DNA of 37,522 nt from assembly GCA_004144935.1 (NCBI GenBank), contig SDZP01000001.1:1-37522 (forward strand), written 5' to 3'. Made by a program: the position numbers and the translations under genes. Positions 28,224-37,522 of the stretch are shown here, piece by piece (the first letter of the stretch is position 1; each line of letters begins with the position of its first letter). The notes beneath the pieces are model-generated. The model saw only the letters and a program-made list of their open reading frames with translations, ran no database searches and was not told where the DNA came from. The stretch is from Caulobacteraceae bacterium. GTDB taxonomy: Bacteria > Pseudomonadota > Alphaproteobacteria > Caulobacterales > Caulobacteraceae.

Positions 28224-30397
28224 CCGAGGTTTCCGCAGGCGACCTGACCGCCTTCATCGCCCGCGACGCCAAGGGCGCGGGCCGGCTGGAGCTGCTGGTT
28301 CGCGGCGCCAGCTGCGCCGGCTGCATGGGCAAGATCGAGCGCGGCGTCGCCGCCCTGCCGGGGGTCGCGGCCAGCCGCTTCAACCTGACCACCGGCAAGC
28401 TGAGCGTCACCCTGGCGCCGGGGAGGGGCGATCCCGCCGCCATCCAGCGCGCGGTCGAGGCCATGGGCTATGGCGCCAGCCTGTTCGATCCGGCCCGGGC
28501 CCTGGACGCCGAGGACAGGACCGGCCGCGAGCTGGCCCTCGCGCTGGGCGTCTCCGCCTTCGGGGCCGGCAATGTGATGATGTTCACCGTGCCTGTCTGG
28601 GCGGGGCTGTTCGGCCAGGAGCTGTCGCCGGCCACCCGTCAGGTCATGTACTGGCTGGCCGCCATCATCGCCACGCCCTGCGCCCTGTTCGCCGGCCTGA
28701 CCTTCTTTCGCTCGGCCTGGGCCTCCCTGCGGCGAGGGAAGGCCAACATGGATGTGCCGATCTCGATCGGCGTGCTGCTGACCCTAGCGGTCAGCTTTTC
28801 CGAGACCCTGCAGCACGGCGCCCACGCCTACTTCGACGCCGCCGTCACCCTGCTCTTCCTGCTGCTTATCGGCCGCTACCTCGACCATCGGCTCAAGGCC
28901 GCCGCCCGTGGCGCGGCCCGCGACCTGCTGGCCCTGCAGGCGCCGGTCGCCGTCCGCATCGACGCCCGGGGGCACGAGCAGGGGGTGCCGGTCGGCGAGG
29001 TCGAGGTCGGCGACCGCCTGGCCGTCGCCCCCGGCCAGCGCATCCCCGTCGACGCCGTGATCGAGAGCGGTGTCTCCGACCTCGACAATGCCCTGATCTC
29101 CGGCGAGACCTTGCCGCTCGAGGCCCGTCCCGGCCTTGCCGTCCAGGCCGGCGCGCTGAACCTCTCCGGCCGCCTGGTCCTGCGGGCCGTCGCCCGCAGC
29201 GAGGACTCCGCCGTCGCCGCCATCGCCCGGTTGATGGAGGCTGGGGCCCAGGCGCGGGGGGCCTATGTCCGGCTGGCCGACAAGGCGGCCGAAATCTATG
29301 TGCCGGTCGTCCACACCCTGGCGGCCGCCACCTTCCTGGGCGGCTGGGCGCTGGGCCTGGGCCCGCGCGAGGCCCTGCTGCGCGCCGCCGCCGTGCTGAT
29401 CGTCACCTGCCCCTGTGCGCTGGGGCTGGCCGTGCCCGCCGTCCAGGTGGCGGCCAGCGGCCGGCTGTTCCGCCGCGGCGTGCTGGTCAAGTCCGGGGCC
29501 GCGCTCGAACGCCTGGCCGAGCTCGATCATGTGGTCCTCGACAAGACCGGGGTGCTGACGGAGGGCCGGCCCCGCCTGCTCAGCGAGGCCCCTGCCGTCA
29601 TCTCCGCCGCCGCGCCGCTGGCCCGTGCGTCACGCCACCCCTTCGCCCGCGCCGTCGCCGACCGGGCGGGGCCAGGGCCCGTCGCGGAAGACGTCATCGA
29701 GTTCGCCGGCCAGGGCGTCGAGGGCCTGATCGACGGCCGCCGGGCCCGGCTGGGTCGGGCCGCCTTTCTCGGTATCCAGCCGGGACAGGGCGGTGAGAGC
29801 GAACTCTGGTTCGGCTTCGACGGCGATACCCGGTTTCGTCTGACCTTCCTCGACCCCATCCGCGCCGAGGCCGCCCGGGCGATCAGCGAGCTGCGCGCCC
29901 TCGGCCTGACCGTCGAGATCCTGTCCGGCGATCTAGCTGGACCGGTCGGCCGGGTCGCCAGGGCCGTCGGCGTCACCCAGTGGCGGGCGGGGCTGACCCC
30001 GTTCGACAAGTCCTCGGCCGTCAGCCTGCTGCAGGCCACCGGCCGCAAGGTGCTGATGGTTGGCGACGGGCTCAACGACGCCGCCGCCCTGGCCCTGGCC
30101 CATGCCTCCATGGCCCCCGGCAGCGCCCTCGACGCCAGCCAGAACGCCGCCGACCTGATCGTCCTCGACGGCGGCCTGACCGCCGCCCCGCTGGCCATCC
30201 GTATCGCCCGCTCCGCTCGCCGGCGGGCGCTGGAGAACTTCACCTTCTCGGCGCTGTACAACGCCGTGGCCGCGCCGGCCGCCGTGCTTGGCTTGATCAA
30301 TCCCTTCATCGCCGCCATCGCCATGTCGGGCTCCTCGCTGGTGGTCATGCTGAACGCCCTGCGGATGACCTGGGTCGGCGCGGGGGACCGGCGATGA
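28220..30397 (+). CDS. ccoI: Cu(I)-transporting P1B-type ATPase CcoI/FixI
   Basis: HMA CAGC, ANMDVPI, SGE actuator, CPCALGLA, DKTGVLT, SRHP, GDGLNDAAAL, YN and MSGSS. Confidence 0.94.
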   Translation: MTEVSAGDLTAFIARDAKGAGRLELLVRGASCAGCMGKIERGVAALPGVAASRFNLTTGKLSVTLAPGRGDPAAIQRAVEAMGYGASLFDPARALDAEDRTGRELALALGVSAFGAGNVMMFTVPVWAGLFGQELSPATRQVMYWLAAIIATPCALFAGLTFFRSAWASLRRGKANMDVPISIGVLLTLAVSFSETLQHGAHAYFDAAVTLLFLLLIGRYLDHRLKAAARGAARDLLALQAPVAVRIDARGHEQGVPVGEVEVGDRLAVAPGQRIPVDAVIESGVSDLDNALISGETLPLEARPGLAVQAGALNLSGRLVLRAVARSEDSAVAAIARLMEAGAQARGAYVRLADKAAEIYVPVVHTLAAATFLGGWALGLGPREALLRAAAVLIVTCPCALGLAVPAVQVAASGRLFRRGVLVKSGAALERLAELDHVVLDKTGVLTEGRPRLLSEAPAVISAAAPLARASRHPFARAVADRAGPGPVAEDVIEFAGQGVEGLIDGRRARLGRAAFLGIQPGQGGESELWFGFDGDTRFRLTFLDPIRAEAARAISELRALGLTVEILSGDLAGPVGRVARAVGVTQWRAGLTPFDKSSAVSLLQATGRKVLMVGDGLNDAAALALAHASMAPGSALDASQNAADLIVLDGGLTAAPLAIRIARSARRRALENFTFSALYNAVAAPAAVLGLINPFIAAIAMSGSSLVVMLNALRMTWVGAGDRR

Positions 30398-30546
30398 CCA
30401 TCCTGCTGCTGCTGGCGCCGATCTCGGTGGGCCTCGCCGCCCTGGGCCTGGGGGCCTTCTGGTGGACCCTGCGGGCCGGCCAGTACGAAGACCCCAAGGG
30501 CGACGCCGCCCGCATCCTCGACGATCGCTTCGATGCGGCCCCCTGA
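30394..30546 (+). CDS. ccoS: cbb3 maturation protein CcoS/FixS
   Basis: 50 aa MTILLLLAPISVGL...FWWTLRAGQYEDPKGDAARIL; ATGA overlap with ccoI. Confidence 0.93.
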   Translation: MTILLLLAPISVGLAALGLGAFWWTLRAGQYEDPKGDAARILDDRFDAAP

Positions 30547-30552
30547 CGTCGC

Positions 30553-30566
30553 TTGACCTGGATCAA
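30553..30566. promoter_or_regulatory. FixK/FNR box upstream of hemN
   Basis: TTGAC-CTGG-ATCAA. Confidence 0.85.
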
Positions 30567-30625
30567 GGGGACCTCCGCCCTCGCATGCGATCCCTGACGG
30601 CATCGTCAGTGCTGCTGGAGCCCCC

Positions 30626-32008
30626 ATGGCCGTCCCCGTCCTTCGCCCCGTCGCCTCCGACCGCCAGCGCCTGGCCGAGCAGTTCGAAGGCCGGGTCCCG
30701 CGCTACACCAGCTATCCGACGGCGGTGCAGTTCTCCCCGGCGGTCGATGCCGGCGTCTATCGCGGCTGGCTGGCCCAACTGCCCGCTTCCGAAGCGGTTT
30801 CCCTCTATGTGCATCTGCCGTTCTGCGCCCGGCTGTGCTGGTACTGCGGCTGCAACACCCGGGCGGTGAACCGGCAGGAGCCGGTCAGCCGCTACGTCGA
30901 CGACCTGAACACCGAGCTGGGCCTGCTCGAGGCGGCCCTGCCCGGGAAACTGCGGGCCCGCGCCCTGCACCTGGGCGGGGGCACGCCCAACATGCTGTCG
31001 ACTGACGACCTTGGCCGCCTGTTCGGCGGCCTGCGGCAGGTCTTCCAGCTGTCGCCCGGCCTGGAGGTGGCGGCCGAGCTGGACCCGGCGGTTCTGACCC
31101 GCGAATGGGTCATGGCCGCCGCCCGGCATGGGCTCAGCCGCGCCAGCCTGGGGGTGCAGGACCTGTCCCCGACCGTGCAGGCGGCGGTCAACCGCATCGA
31201 GCCGTTCGAGGTTGTGCAGAGGGCTGTCGGCTGGCTGCGCGAGGCGGGCGTCCTGTCGGTCAATCTCGACCTGATGTACGGCCTGCCGCGGCAGACCCGG
31301 GCCGATGTGCTGGAAACGTTGCGCCAGGTCCTGACCCTGCGACCCGAGCGCCTGGCCTTGTTTGGCTACGCCCACGTCCCCTGGATGAAGTCCCACCAAC
31401 AGCTGATCCGGGAGGTCGATCTGCCGGGGCCGGCCGAGCGGCTCGACCAGAGCGAAGCCGCCGCCGAGTATCTGATCGCCCAGGGCTACGTCCGCATCGG
31501 CCTGGACCATTACGCCCTGCCCGGCGACGAGATGGCCATCGCCCTCGCCGCCGGCCGGCTGCATCGCAATTTCCAGGGCTACACCACCGACGCCGCCGGG
31601 ACCCTGATCGGCATGGGCGCCTCGGCCATCGGCCGGACGCCTCAGGGCTTCGTCCAGAACGAGACCGCCGAACTGACCTGGCGCAAGGCGCTGGAGGCGG
31701 GCGACCTGCCGATCGCCAGGGGCGTCGCCCTGACCGACGAGGACCGCTTCCGCGGCGAGATCATCGAACGGCTGATGTGCGATCTGACCGTCGACCTGGC
31801 TGCCCTCTGCGCTGGACACGGACGCGAGCGCCGGGATATCGCCGACAGCCTGGCGAGCCTGGCGCCGTTTGAGGCCCAGGGCCTGGTCGGTCTCGACGGT
31901 GATCGGCTGACCGTGACACCGGCAGGCCGACCCGTGCTGCGGTCGGTGTGCGCCGCCTTCGACCAGTACCTTGACCAGACCGCCATCCGGCATGCGCGGG
32001 CGATCTGA
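30626..32008 (+). CDS. hemN: Oxygen-independent coproporphyrinogen III oxidase (radical SAM)
   Basis: PRYTSYPTA, YVHLPFCARLCWYCGC (CxxxCxxC), GGGTP, DLMYGLP, YAHVPW, IGLDHYA, RNFQGYT. Confidence 0.95.
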   Translation: MAVPVLRPVASDRQRLAEQFEGRVPRYTSYPTAVQFSPAVDAGVYRGWLAQLPASEAVSLYVHLPFCARLCWYCGCNTRAVNRQEPVSRYVDDLNTELGLLEAALPGKLRARALHLGGGTPNMLSTDDLGRLFGGLRQVFQLSPGLEVAAELDPAVLTREWVMAAARHGLSRASLGVQDLSPTVQAAVNRIEPFEVVQRAVGWLREAGVLSVNLDLMYGLPRQTRADVLETLRQVLTLRPERLALFGYAHVPWMKSHQQLIREVDLPGPAERLDQSEAAAEYLIAQGYVRIGLDHYALPGDEMAIALAAGRLHRNFQGYTTDAAGTLIGMGASAIGRTPQGFVQNETAELTWRKALEAGDLPIARGVALTDEDRFRGEIIERLMCDLTVDLAALCAGHGRERRDIADSLASLAPFEAQGLVGLDGDRLTVTPAGRPVLRSVCAAFDQYLDQTAIRHARAI

Positions 32009-32018
32009 TCGACGCGAA

Positions 32019-32032
32019 TTGACCCGGATCAA
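32019..32032. promoter_or_regulatory. FixK/FNR box upstream of ompW
   Basis: TTGAC-CCGG-ATCAA. Confidence 0.85.
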
Positions 32033-32102
32033 ACACCCGTTTGAATGCCTGTGCGATCCTCCTGGCGACCTCAACGAAGGTCGTTGCAAGGGGATAACCG
32101 AG

Positions 32103-32750
32103 ATGAAAACCGCCACCCTGATCGCGGCCGGACTGCTGGCCGCCACTGTCGCCGGACCGGCGCTGGCGCAGGATTACACGCCCAAGGCCAAGGGGACCTG
32201 GCTGGTCACCGCGCGGGTGAGCGATGTCGCGCCGTCGGAGTCCGGCTCGATCCGCACTTCTGCCGGCGTCGACACCGGCCTGGACGTCGAGGTCAGCGAC
32301 TACGTCGTCCCGACCCTGGGCTTCACCTATTTCTTCACCGACAACATCGCCGTCGAGGGCATCCTCGGGACCAGCAAGCATGAAGTCAGCGCCAAAGGGG
32401 CCGGCGGTACGATCCGCGTGCTCGACACCTGGGTGGTGCCGCCGGTCGTCACCGTGCAGTACCACTTCAACCCCAAGGGCCGCATCAGCCCCTACGTCGG
32501 CGCCGGGGTCAACGCCATGATCTTCTACGGCGGCAAGGACCGGAACGGCTTCGACGTCGATCTCGACAACGGCTTCGGCTACGCGCTGCAGGCCGGAGTG
32601 GACATCGCGGTCAAAGGCGACTGGTCGGTCAACCTGGACGCCAAGAAGGTGTTCTTCGAGACCGACGCCGACATCAACAACGGGGCGCTGAAATCAAGCG
32701 TCGCCCTGGACCCCTGGGTGATCTCCGCGGGCGTGACCCGGCGCTTCTAA
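32103..32750 (+). CDS. ompW: OmpW-family outer membrane protein
   Basis: ATG 32103, signal peptide; TYFFTDNIAVE, PPVVTVQYHF, PYVGAGVN, ALQAGVD, LDPWV, terminal Phe. Confidence 0.92.
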   Translation: MKTATLIAAGLLAATVAGPALAQDYTPKAKGTWLVTARVSDVAPSESGSIRTSAGVDTGLDVEVSDYVVPTLGFTYFFTDNIAVEGILGTSKHEVSAKGAGGTIRVLDTWVVPPVVTVQYHFNPKGRISPYVGAGVNAMIFYGGKDRNGFDVDLDNGFGYALQAGVDIAVKGDWSVNLDAKKVFFETDADINNGALKSSVALDPWVISAGVTRRF

Positions 32751-32774
32751 CGCCGAATGATTGTCGTCCAGCCG

Positions 32775-32880
32775 GCGCCGGCGGGCCAGGCTCGATCGTG
32801 GGCCCGCCTGGCGCGGTCGGTTTCTGCAGGTCGTCGCGTTCGTTGACCGGGGCGGATCGAAACAGGACCGCATCCGGTCA
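32775..32880. terminator. Two GC-rich hairpins between convergent ompW and cheE
   Basis: GCGCC-GGCGGGCC...GGCCCGCC-T-GGCGC (32775-32814) and TGACCGG...CCGGTCA (32844-32880); no clear U-tract. Confidence 0.35.
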
Positions 32881-33348
32881 GCGATCGCCCAAGCGGCGGG
32901 ACGTCGCCTGCTTCAGGCCGGCCACCATTCGCTGCCGCTGGACGTTCGTCAGCGTGTCGCCGCCGGTGCGCAGCAACTTGAGGACCTGGATGTGGACATC
33001 CACGCACTCCTGGTCCCAGACGCCGGACTCCTCGCTCCGATCGGCCAGATCGCAGAGGGCATTGGCGGCCTTGTCGATTTCGCTGCCGGGCATGCAGATG
33101 GCGGCGTCGATGATGCGCGAAGCGACCCTGTAGAGATTGCCAAAATCTCTGGCCGCCGGCGCCGACGACCCGACGCAATAGGTGGCCTCCAGTTCGGCCA
33201 GGGTGGCGTCGATCACCTCCTGACAGCGGTCGTGAAGGGATTCTAGCGAGGCCTCTGCCCTGGCGATGGCGACGCGGACCGCCATGCCGCCCGGCTGGAA
33301 GATTTCCTTGGCAAGCCGGCTCTTCTTCCAGGTTTTAACGACGGTCAT
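32878..33348 (-). CDS. cheE: Chemotaxis-operon protein, CheE-like
   Basis: Last gene after cheD-cheU-cheYIII, as in the Caulobacter major che operon; KSRLA...PGG...AIARAE N-terminus, helical; call rests mainly on synteny. Confidence 0.65.
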   Translation of the reverse strand: MTVVKTWKKSRLAKEIFQPGGMAVRVAIARAEASLESLHDRCQEVIDATLAELEATYCVGSSAPAARDFGNLYRVASRIIDAAICMPGSEIDKAANALCDLADRSEESGVWDQECVDVHIQVLKLLRTGGDTLTNVQRQRMVAGLKQATSRRLGDR

Positions 33349-33959
33349 AGCGCCACCTTGGCGGGCTTCATGAAGCTGTCAATCTCGTCCTGGCTGAGGT
33401 TTGCTTCCACCGGCCCGCCCAGGGCGCCGTTGGCATCCTCCGCGCGGCGGCCGTCGGTACCGAAGGGCGGCCCAAGCCGTTTGAACCGCCGGTCGGGGCC
33501 GCAGTAGGCCTCGCAATCGACGAAGCCACGCGAACTGCGCGCCACCCAGAAGATGCGTTCCAGCAGCACCTTCGGGGTCAGGGGCTTGGCGACCGTGAAA
33601 TGGGCCCCGCAATCGCGGCCGAGCAGCACTTTCGACTGGCGGGTATGGCCGGTCACCAGCACGATCGGCACCTGTCGATTGGCTTCGGAGCCCTCACGCC
33701 TGATCCAGCGGATCAGGGAATAGCCGTCTTCCTCCGGCATCTCCGCATCGGTGATCAGATAGTCGATGGTCGTCTTCTGCAGGACCGTTCGAGCCTCGCG
33801 GGCGGAGCCGCATTTGATGATGTTGCGCACCCCGAAGCTGGAGATGGACGAGGCGATGATGTCCAGGGACATGAGGTTGTCGTCGACGATCATGAAGTTG
33901 ACGCGCTCGAGATTGGCCTTGTCGCTGTCGAGAAGTGACCTGTGCCCCTGCATCGCCAC
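33345..33959 (-). CDS. cleA: CheY-like c-di-GMP effector (CleA/CheYIII type)
   Basis: REC domain (IVDDN, ITDAEMP, VTGH, AKPLTP) plus Arg-rich tail FVDCEAYCGPDRRFKR, matching the Cle [Y/F]xGPx[R/K]R motif; position in operon. Start may be ATG 33953. Confidence 0.8.
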   Translation of the reverse strand: MAMQGHRSLLDSDKANLERVNFMIVDDNLMSLDIIASSISSFGVRNIIKCGSAREARTVLQKTTIDYLITDAEMPEEDGYSLIRWIRREGSEANRQVPIVLVTGHTRQSKVLLGRDCGAHFTVAKPLTPKVLLERIFWVARSSRGFVDCEAYCGPDRRFKRLGPPFGTDGRRAEDANGALGGPVEANLSQDEIDSFMKPAKVAL

Positions 33960-34324
33960 TACCAGAAGTCCGTCGTTGGGGCGATGTCATCCGGCGTCGT
34001 CCCGGACAGGCGATGCTTGAGGTCTGACAGCCGGATATCGTCGAGCAGGGCCGGAGATATTCCGCCGCCGATTTCAAGGGCAGCGAAGCCGTCCAGCACC
34101 CGTCCGATCTCGATCAGCTGCTGGCTGAGAAGGTCCAGTCCCTGCAGCCGCATCGAGGTCTCGTGGTCGAGCACCAGACGCGCATCCTCGCCCAGGGCAT
34201 CCTGGCAGTCGTCCGCGATCGAGGCGGCGATGCGCATTTCCCGCGCAATGCGGTGCGCCAGGTCCTGGACCGACAGGAGGCCTTCAACGGGGCCGGTATC
34301 GAGGGCTTGCGCGACCATGCTCAC
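33959..34324 (-). CDS. cheU: Chemotaxis-operon protein, CheU-like
   Basis: LQGLDLLSQQL, IRLSDLKHRL motifs; lies between cheD and cheYIII. GTG 34324 (AGGA RBS) or ATG 34318. Confidence 0.65.
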   Translation of the reverse strand: MSMVAQALDTGPVEGLLSVQDLAHRIAREMRIAASIADDCQDALGEDARLVLDHETSMRLQGLDLLSQQLIEIGRVLDGFAALEIGGGISPALLDDIRLSDLKHRLSGTTPDDIAPTTDFW

Positions 34325-34334
34325 GGACAATTTC

Positions 34335-34883
34335 CTAGAAGAACTCGACATCGTTGCCGGTGACGGGGGGCGGGGGACGAACCATGCGCGGACCGGGCGC
34401 CTCCTCGACTTCCCGCTGGCGGGCGCGGCCGCTCGCGGGCCAGAATTCGACGCGCCGGGCGCGGCGCCCGCCCAGGCTTTCGGCGATGGTGGGAATGCCC
34501 TCGTCCTTGAGGAAGCGCCGGGCGAAGGCGGCGTTGGCGGCCCCCACGTCCTGCAGGGACTCGATCATCTTGGCCCCGCCAAACAGCTTGGCCTCCAGCC
34601 GTTCGCGCCGGGCCCCCTGCTTCATCAGGTCGTTGATCAGAATTTCCATGGCGTAGGCGCCGTACCGCATGGCCTCCTCGTTCATCCGGACGCCGTCGGC
34701 GGTCTCGGCGAGCAGGAAGTGGTTCATGCCGCCGACGCCCCGCTCGGGATCGTGCAGGCAGGCGGCGACACAGGACCCCAGGACCGTTGTCATCAGCAAC
34801 GAGGCGTCGCTCGACACCGCATGCTCGCCCTGGATGACGTGGCGCTTGCGTTCGAGCGGGGGAGAGGTCGCGAAAGCCGTCAC
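34335..34883 (-). CDS. cheD: Chemoreceptor glutamine deamidase
   Basis: HVIQGE, TTVLGSCVAACLHD, GGMNHFLL, AKLFGGA, SLGG. Confidence 0.95.
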   Translation of the reverse strand: MTAFATSPPLERKRHVIQGEHAVSSDASLLMTTVLGSCVAACLHDPERGVGGMNHFLLAETADGVRMNEEAMRYGAYAMEILINDLMKQGARRERLEAKLFGGAKMIESLQDVGAANAAFARRFLKDEGIPTIAESLGGRRARRVEFWPASGRARQREVEEAPGPRMVRPPPPVTGNDVEFF

Positions 34884-35269
34884 GTGAGCGCCCCGAACAC
34901 TTCCTCGATCTTTTCCCGCAGCAGGGCCACGGTGAAGGGCTTCACGAGGTAGTTGTTGACCCCGTACTGCGACGCCCGCTGAACCAGTTCGCGGTCGGCG
35001 CGGCCGGTCAGCATGATGAAGGCGGCGCCGCGGGTCGGCTCGTGCGCCCGGACGGCGCGCAGCAGCCCCAGTCCGTCCAGCTTGGGCATGTTGTAGTCGG
35101 AGATGATCAGGTTGGCCGTCTTGCCGATCAGCTCACGAAGCGCCGCCTCGCCGTCCGGCGCCTCGCGGGTGTTCGTGATGCCGAGCTGTTGCAGGCCGTT
35201 GCGCACGAGAGAGCGAATGGTCGCTTGGTCGTCGACGATCAGGACCGAGAGGGCGGCGGCGGCGGGCAT
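34880..35269 (-). CDS. cheY: Chemotaxis response regulator CheY
   Basis: VLIVDDQ, ISDYNMPKLDG, IMLTG, YLVKPFT; single domain. Confidence 0.93.
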   Translation of the reverse strand: MPAAAALSVLIVDDQATIRSLVRNGLQQLGITNTREAPDGEAALRELIGKTANLIISDYNMPKLDGLGLLRAVRAHEPTRGAAFIMLTGRADRELVQRASQYGVNNYLVKPFTVALLREKIEEVFGALT

Positions 35270-36294
35270 CAGCGCTTCTTTCCAGCAAGTTTGAGAATGG
35301 CCGGACCGACGGCGTCCAGCGCGACTTGGCGCTCGACGGCGCCGGCTTCAAAGGCGGTCTTGGGCATGCCGTAGACGACGCTGCTGGCCTCGTCCTGGCC
35401 GAGGGTTCGGGCGCCGGCGGCGCGCATCGCGGCCAGGCCCTGGGCCCCGTCGCGGCCCATGCCGGTCAGGATGACCCCGACCGCCGAGCTGCCGCAGACG
35501 CCGGCGATCGAATGAAACAGGGTGTCGACCGAGGGCCTGTGGCCATTGACCGGCTCGCCCCGCCGCAGGCGGCAGCGCAGGCCGCCGGCCCGTGCGACCT
35601 CCAGATGCGCCTCGCCGCCCGGAGCGAGATAGATCTTGCCGATCTCCAGCGGGGCGTTGTCGTACGCCTCCTGCACATGGGCCGGGGTGGCGCGGTCCAG
35701 GCGGGCGGCGAAGCTCGTGGTGAAGGTCGCCGGCATATGCTGGGTGATCACCGTCGGCGGGCAGTTGGCCGGGAAGTGGGCGAGCACGGTGAGCAGCGCC
35801 TCGACACCGCCGGTCGAGGAGCCGATGGCCACCAGATCGCCGGAGGGAATGAAGTCGGCGCTGACCGTCGGGGGGTTGATCTCGGCCCGAGGCCTGACGC
35901 GGGCGGCGGCGGCGGCCTTGACCTTGGCGGCGAGGTCGGAGAGGCCCTCCTTGGCGCCGACCAGGCTGGTCGGCTTGGCGACGCAGTCGATGGCTCCCAG
36001 CTCCAGGGCGCGCAGGGTCGCGCTGGCGCCCGACTGGGTCAGGGTGGAGACCATCACCACCGGCATCGGCCGCAGCCGCATGATCTTCTCGAGAAACTCG
36101 AGGCCGTTCATGTTCGGCATCTCGATATCGAGGGTGATGACGTCGGGGTTGAGGTCCTTGATGATCTGGCGAGCTTCCAGCGGATCGCCGGCCGAGCCGA
36201 CGACCTGGATGGCCGGGTCCTGCCGCAGGCAGGCCGTGATCAGGCCACGCATGGTGGCGGAATCGTCGACGACGACGACGCGGATCGGGGTCAT
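35269..36294 (-). CDS. cheB: Chemotaxis methylesterase
   Basis: REC (VVDDS, TLDIEMP) plus [26 protein letters not shown]. Confidence 0.96.
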   Translation of the reverse strand: MTPIRVVVVDDSATMRGLITACLRQDPAIQVVGSAGDPLEARQIIKDLNPDVITLDIEMPNMNGLEFLEKIMRLRPMPVVMVSTLTQSGASATLRALELGAIDCVAKPTSLVGAKEGLSDLAAKVKAAAAARVRPRAEINPPTVSADFIPSGDLVAIGSSTGGVEALLTVLAHFPANCPPTVITQHMPATFTTSFAARLDRATPAHVQEAYDNAPLEIGKIYLAPGGEAHLEVARAGGLRCRLRRGEPVNGHRPSVDTLFHSIAGVCGSSAVGVILTGMGRDGAQGLAAMRAAGARTLGQDEASSVVYGMPKTAFEAGAVERQVALDAVGPAILKLAGKKR

Positions 36295-37184
36295 CGGCGG
36301 GCTCCCGGCAGGCTGGCCGCCTGCGAGCGATAGACGGTCATGCCGTCACTGACGTAGCCGGCGGAGGCCCCGCCCAGGCGTTCGGAGTGGCCGATGTAGA
36401 GCCGTCCGCTGGGGACCAGCAGCGGGTTGAACCGCGTCCAGACCTTCTCCTGCGTCGGCTCGTCGAAATAGATGACCACGTTGCGGCAGAAGATGGCGTC
36501 GAACGGGCCCTTGACCGGCCAGGACGACATCAGGTTCAGCTCCTTGAAGGCCACCAGCGAGCGGGCGGCGTCGCCGAACCGCCACTGCGAACGGTCAGCC
36601 GGATCGCGTTCCATCCATTTGGCCCGCTGGGCCTGGGGAACCGGTTCCAGCAGCTCGTCGGTGTAGGTCGCCGCCCGGCCATGGGCGATCATGTTGCTGT
36701 CGATATCCGTGGCCAGCACCCTGACGTCCAGCTCGGCCGCCTCGGGGATGACCGACAGGATGGTCAGGGCGATGGAGAACGGTTCCTGGCCGCTGGAGCA
36801 GCCCGCCGACCAGATCCGCAGCCGACCGCCGGACCGCAGCCTGTCGACCATTGGCTCCAGCACCTTTTCGCGCAGGTGATCGAAGTGGTGCGGTTCGCGG
36901 AAGAAGCGGGTGAGGTTGGTGGTCAGGGCGTTCAGCATGCGCCCGCGCTCGTCGGTTCCGCCCGGCGAGGCGACCAGCCGGCAGTACGCGTCGAAGTCGC
37001 GCAGGCCGAGCGTGCGGATACGCTTGGCCAGCCGCGAATAGACCAGCGTCGCCTTGGAGTCCGACAGGGTGATCCCGGCGTCCTCATAGAGCATCGCCGC
37101 CACACGCACGAAGTCCTCGCGGGTGAAGTGAAACTCACCCTCGACCAGGGCCGGGGCGGCGGATTTGGCGAGGGCCGAACTCAT
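36291..37184 (-). CDS. cheR: Chemotaxis methyltransferase
   Basis: [53 protein letters not shown]. Confidence 0.96.
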   Translation of the reverse strand: MSSALAKSAAPALVEGEFHFTREDFVRVAAMLYEDAGITLSDSKATLVYSRLAKRIRTLGLRDFDAYCRLVASPGGTDERGRMLNALTTNLTRFFREPHHFDHLREKVLEPMVDRLRSGGRLRIWSAGCSSGQEPFSIALTILSVIPEAAELDVRVLATDIDSNMIAHGRAATYTDELLEPVPQAQRAKWMERDPADRSQWRFGDAARSLVAFKELNLMSSWPVKGPFDAIFCRNVVIYFDEPTQEKVWTRFNPLLVPSGRLYIGHSERLGGASAGYVSDGMTVYRSQAASLPGARR

Positions 37185-37522
37185 GCCGCGAGCAGCTCGA
37201 GCTCGGGCAGCAGGCGATCGAGCGCGATCTCGCTGATCATCCGGCTTTCCATGGAAATCAGTCCACGGATGAAGGATCGCGACTGGTCATAGCCGACGTC
37301 CGGCGGCGGCTGAATGTTCTCCTGGGTGACCGAGATGATGTCGGAGACCGCGTCGACCAGCAGGCCGAGCAGCCGTTCGCCGACATTGACGACGATGATC
37401 ACCGACCGCTCGGACAGTTCGCTCACCGGCAGGCCGAGACGCGCCGCCAGCTCCATGATCGGCAGCACCGCGCCCCGCAGGTTGATCACGCCGCGCATGT
37501 AGGCGGGGGTCTGGGGCAGGGG
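37181..37522 (-). CDS. cheW: Chemotaxis coupling protein (5' truncated by window edge)
   Basis: [32 protein letters not shown]; frame open to the window end. Confidence 0.94.
   Translation of the reverse strand, partial: PLPQTPAYMRGVINLRGAVLPIMELAARLGLPVSELSERSVIIVVNVGERLLGLLVDAVSDIISVTQENIQPPPDVGYDQSRSFIRGLISMESRMISEIALDRLLPELELLAA

Overview
High-GC alphaproteobacterial DNA, most consistent with Caulobacteraceae (Caulobacter/Phenylobacterium-like; inferred from gene content and order). It has five blocks. (1) 1-14460: a xyloglucan utilisation locus: TonB-dependent receptor (partial), GH35 beta-galactosidase, PA14-type GH31 alpha-xylosidase, CE20-like acetylesterase, GH29 fucosidase, GH74 xyloglucanase and GH3 beta-glucosidase, with a LacI/XylR-type operator (TGTTAGCGCTACCA). 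(2) gltX. (3) 16067-22668: an unusual signalling block: a membrane histidine kinase ending in an XRE-type helix-turn-helix instead of a receiver domain, two tail-to-tail FixL/FixJ pairs (both FixLs keep the haem-ligand His), a degenerate cupin and a small Cys-rich membrane protein. (4) The microaerobic cluster ccoNOQP-ccoGHIS, hemN, ompW; four FixK/FNR boxes lie across blocks 3-4. (5) The distal part of a Caulobacter-type major chemotaxis operon (cheW partial, cheR, cheB, cheY, cheD, cheU, cleA/cheYIII, cheE). No rRNA, tRNA, CRISPR or mobile element was seen. The best candidate for an undescribed system is the kinase-XRE plus twin FixLJ module. All family assignments come from motif recognition by eye; no searches were run.
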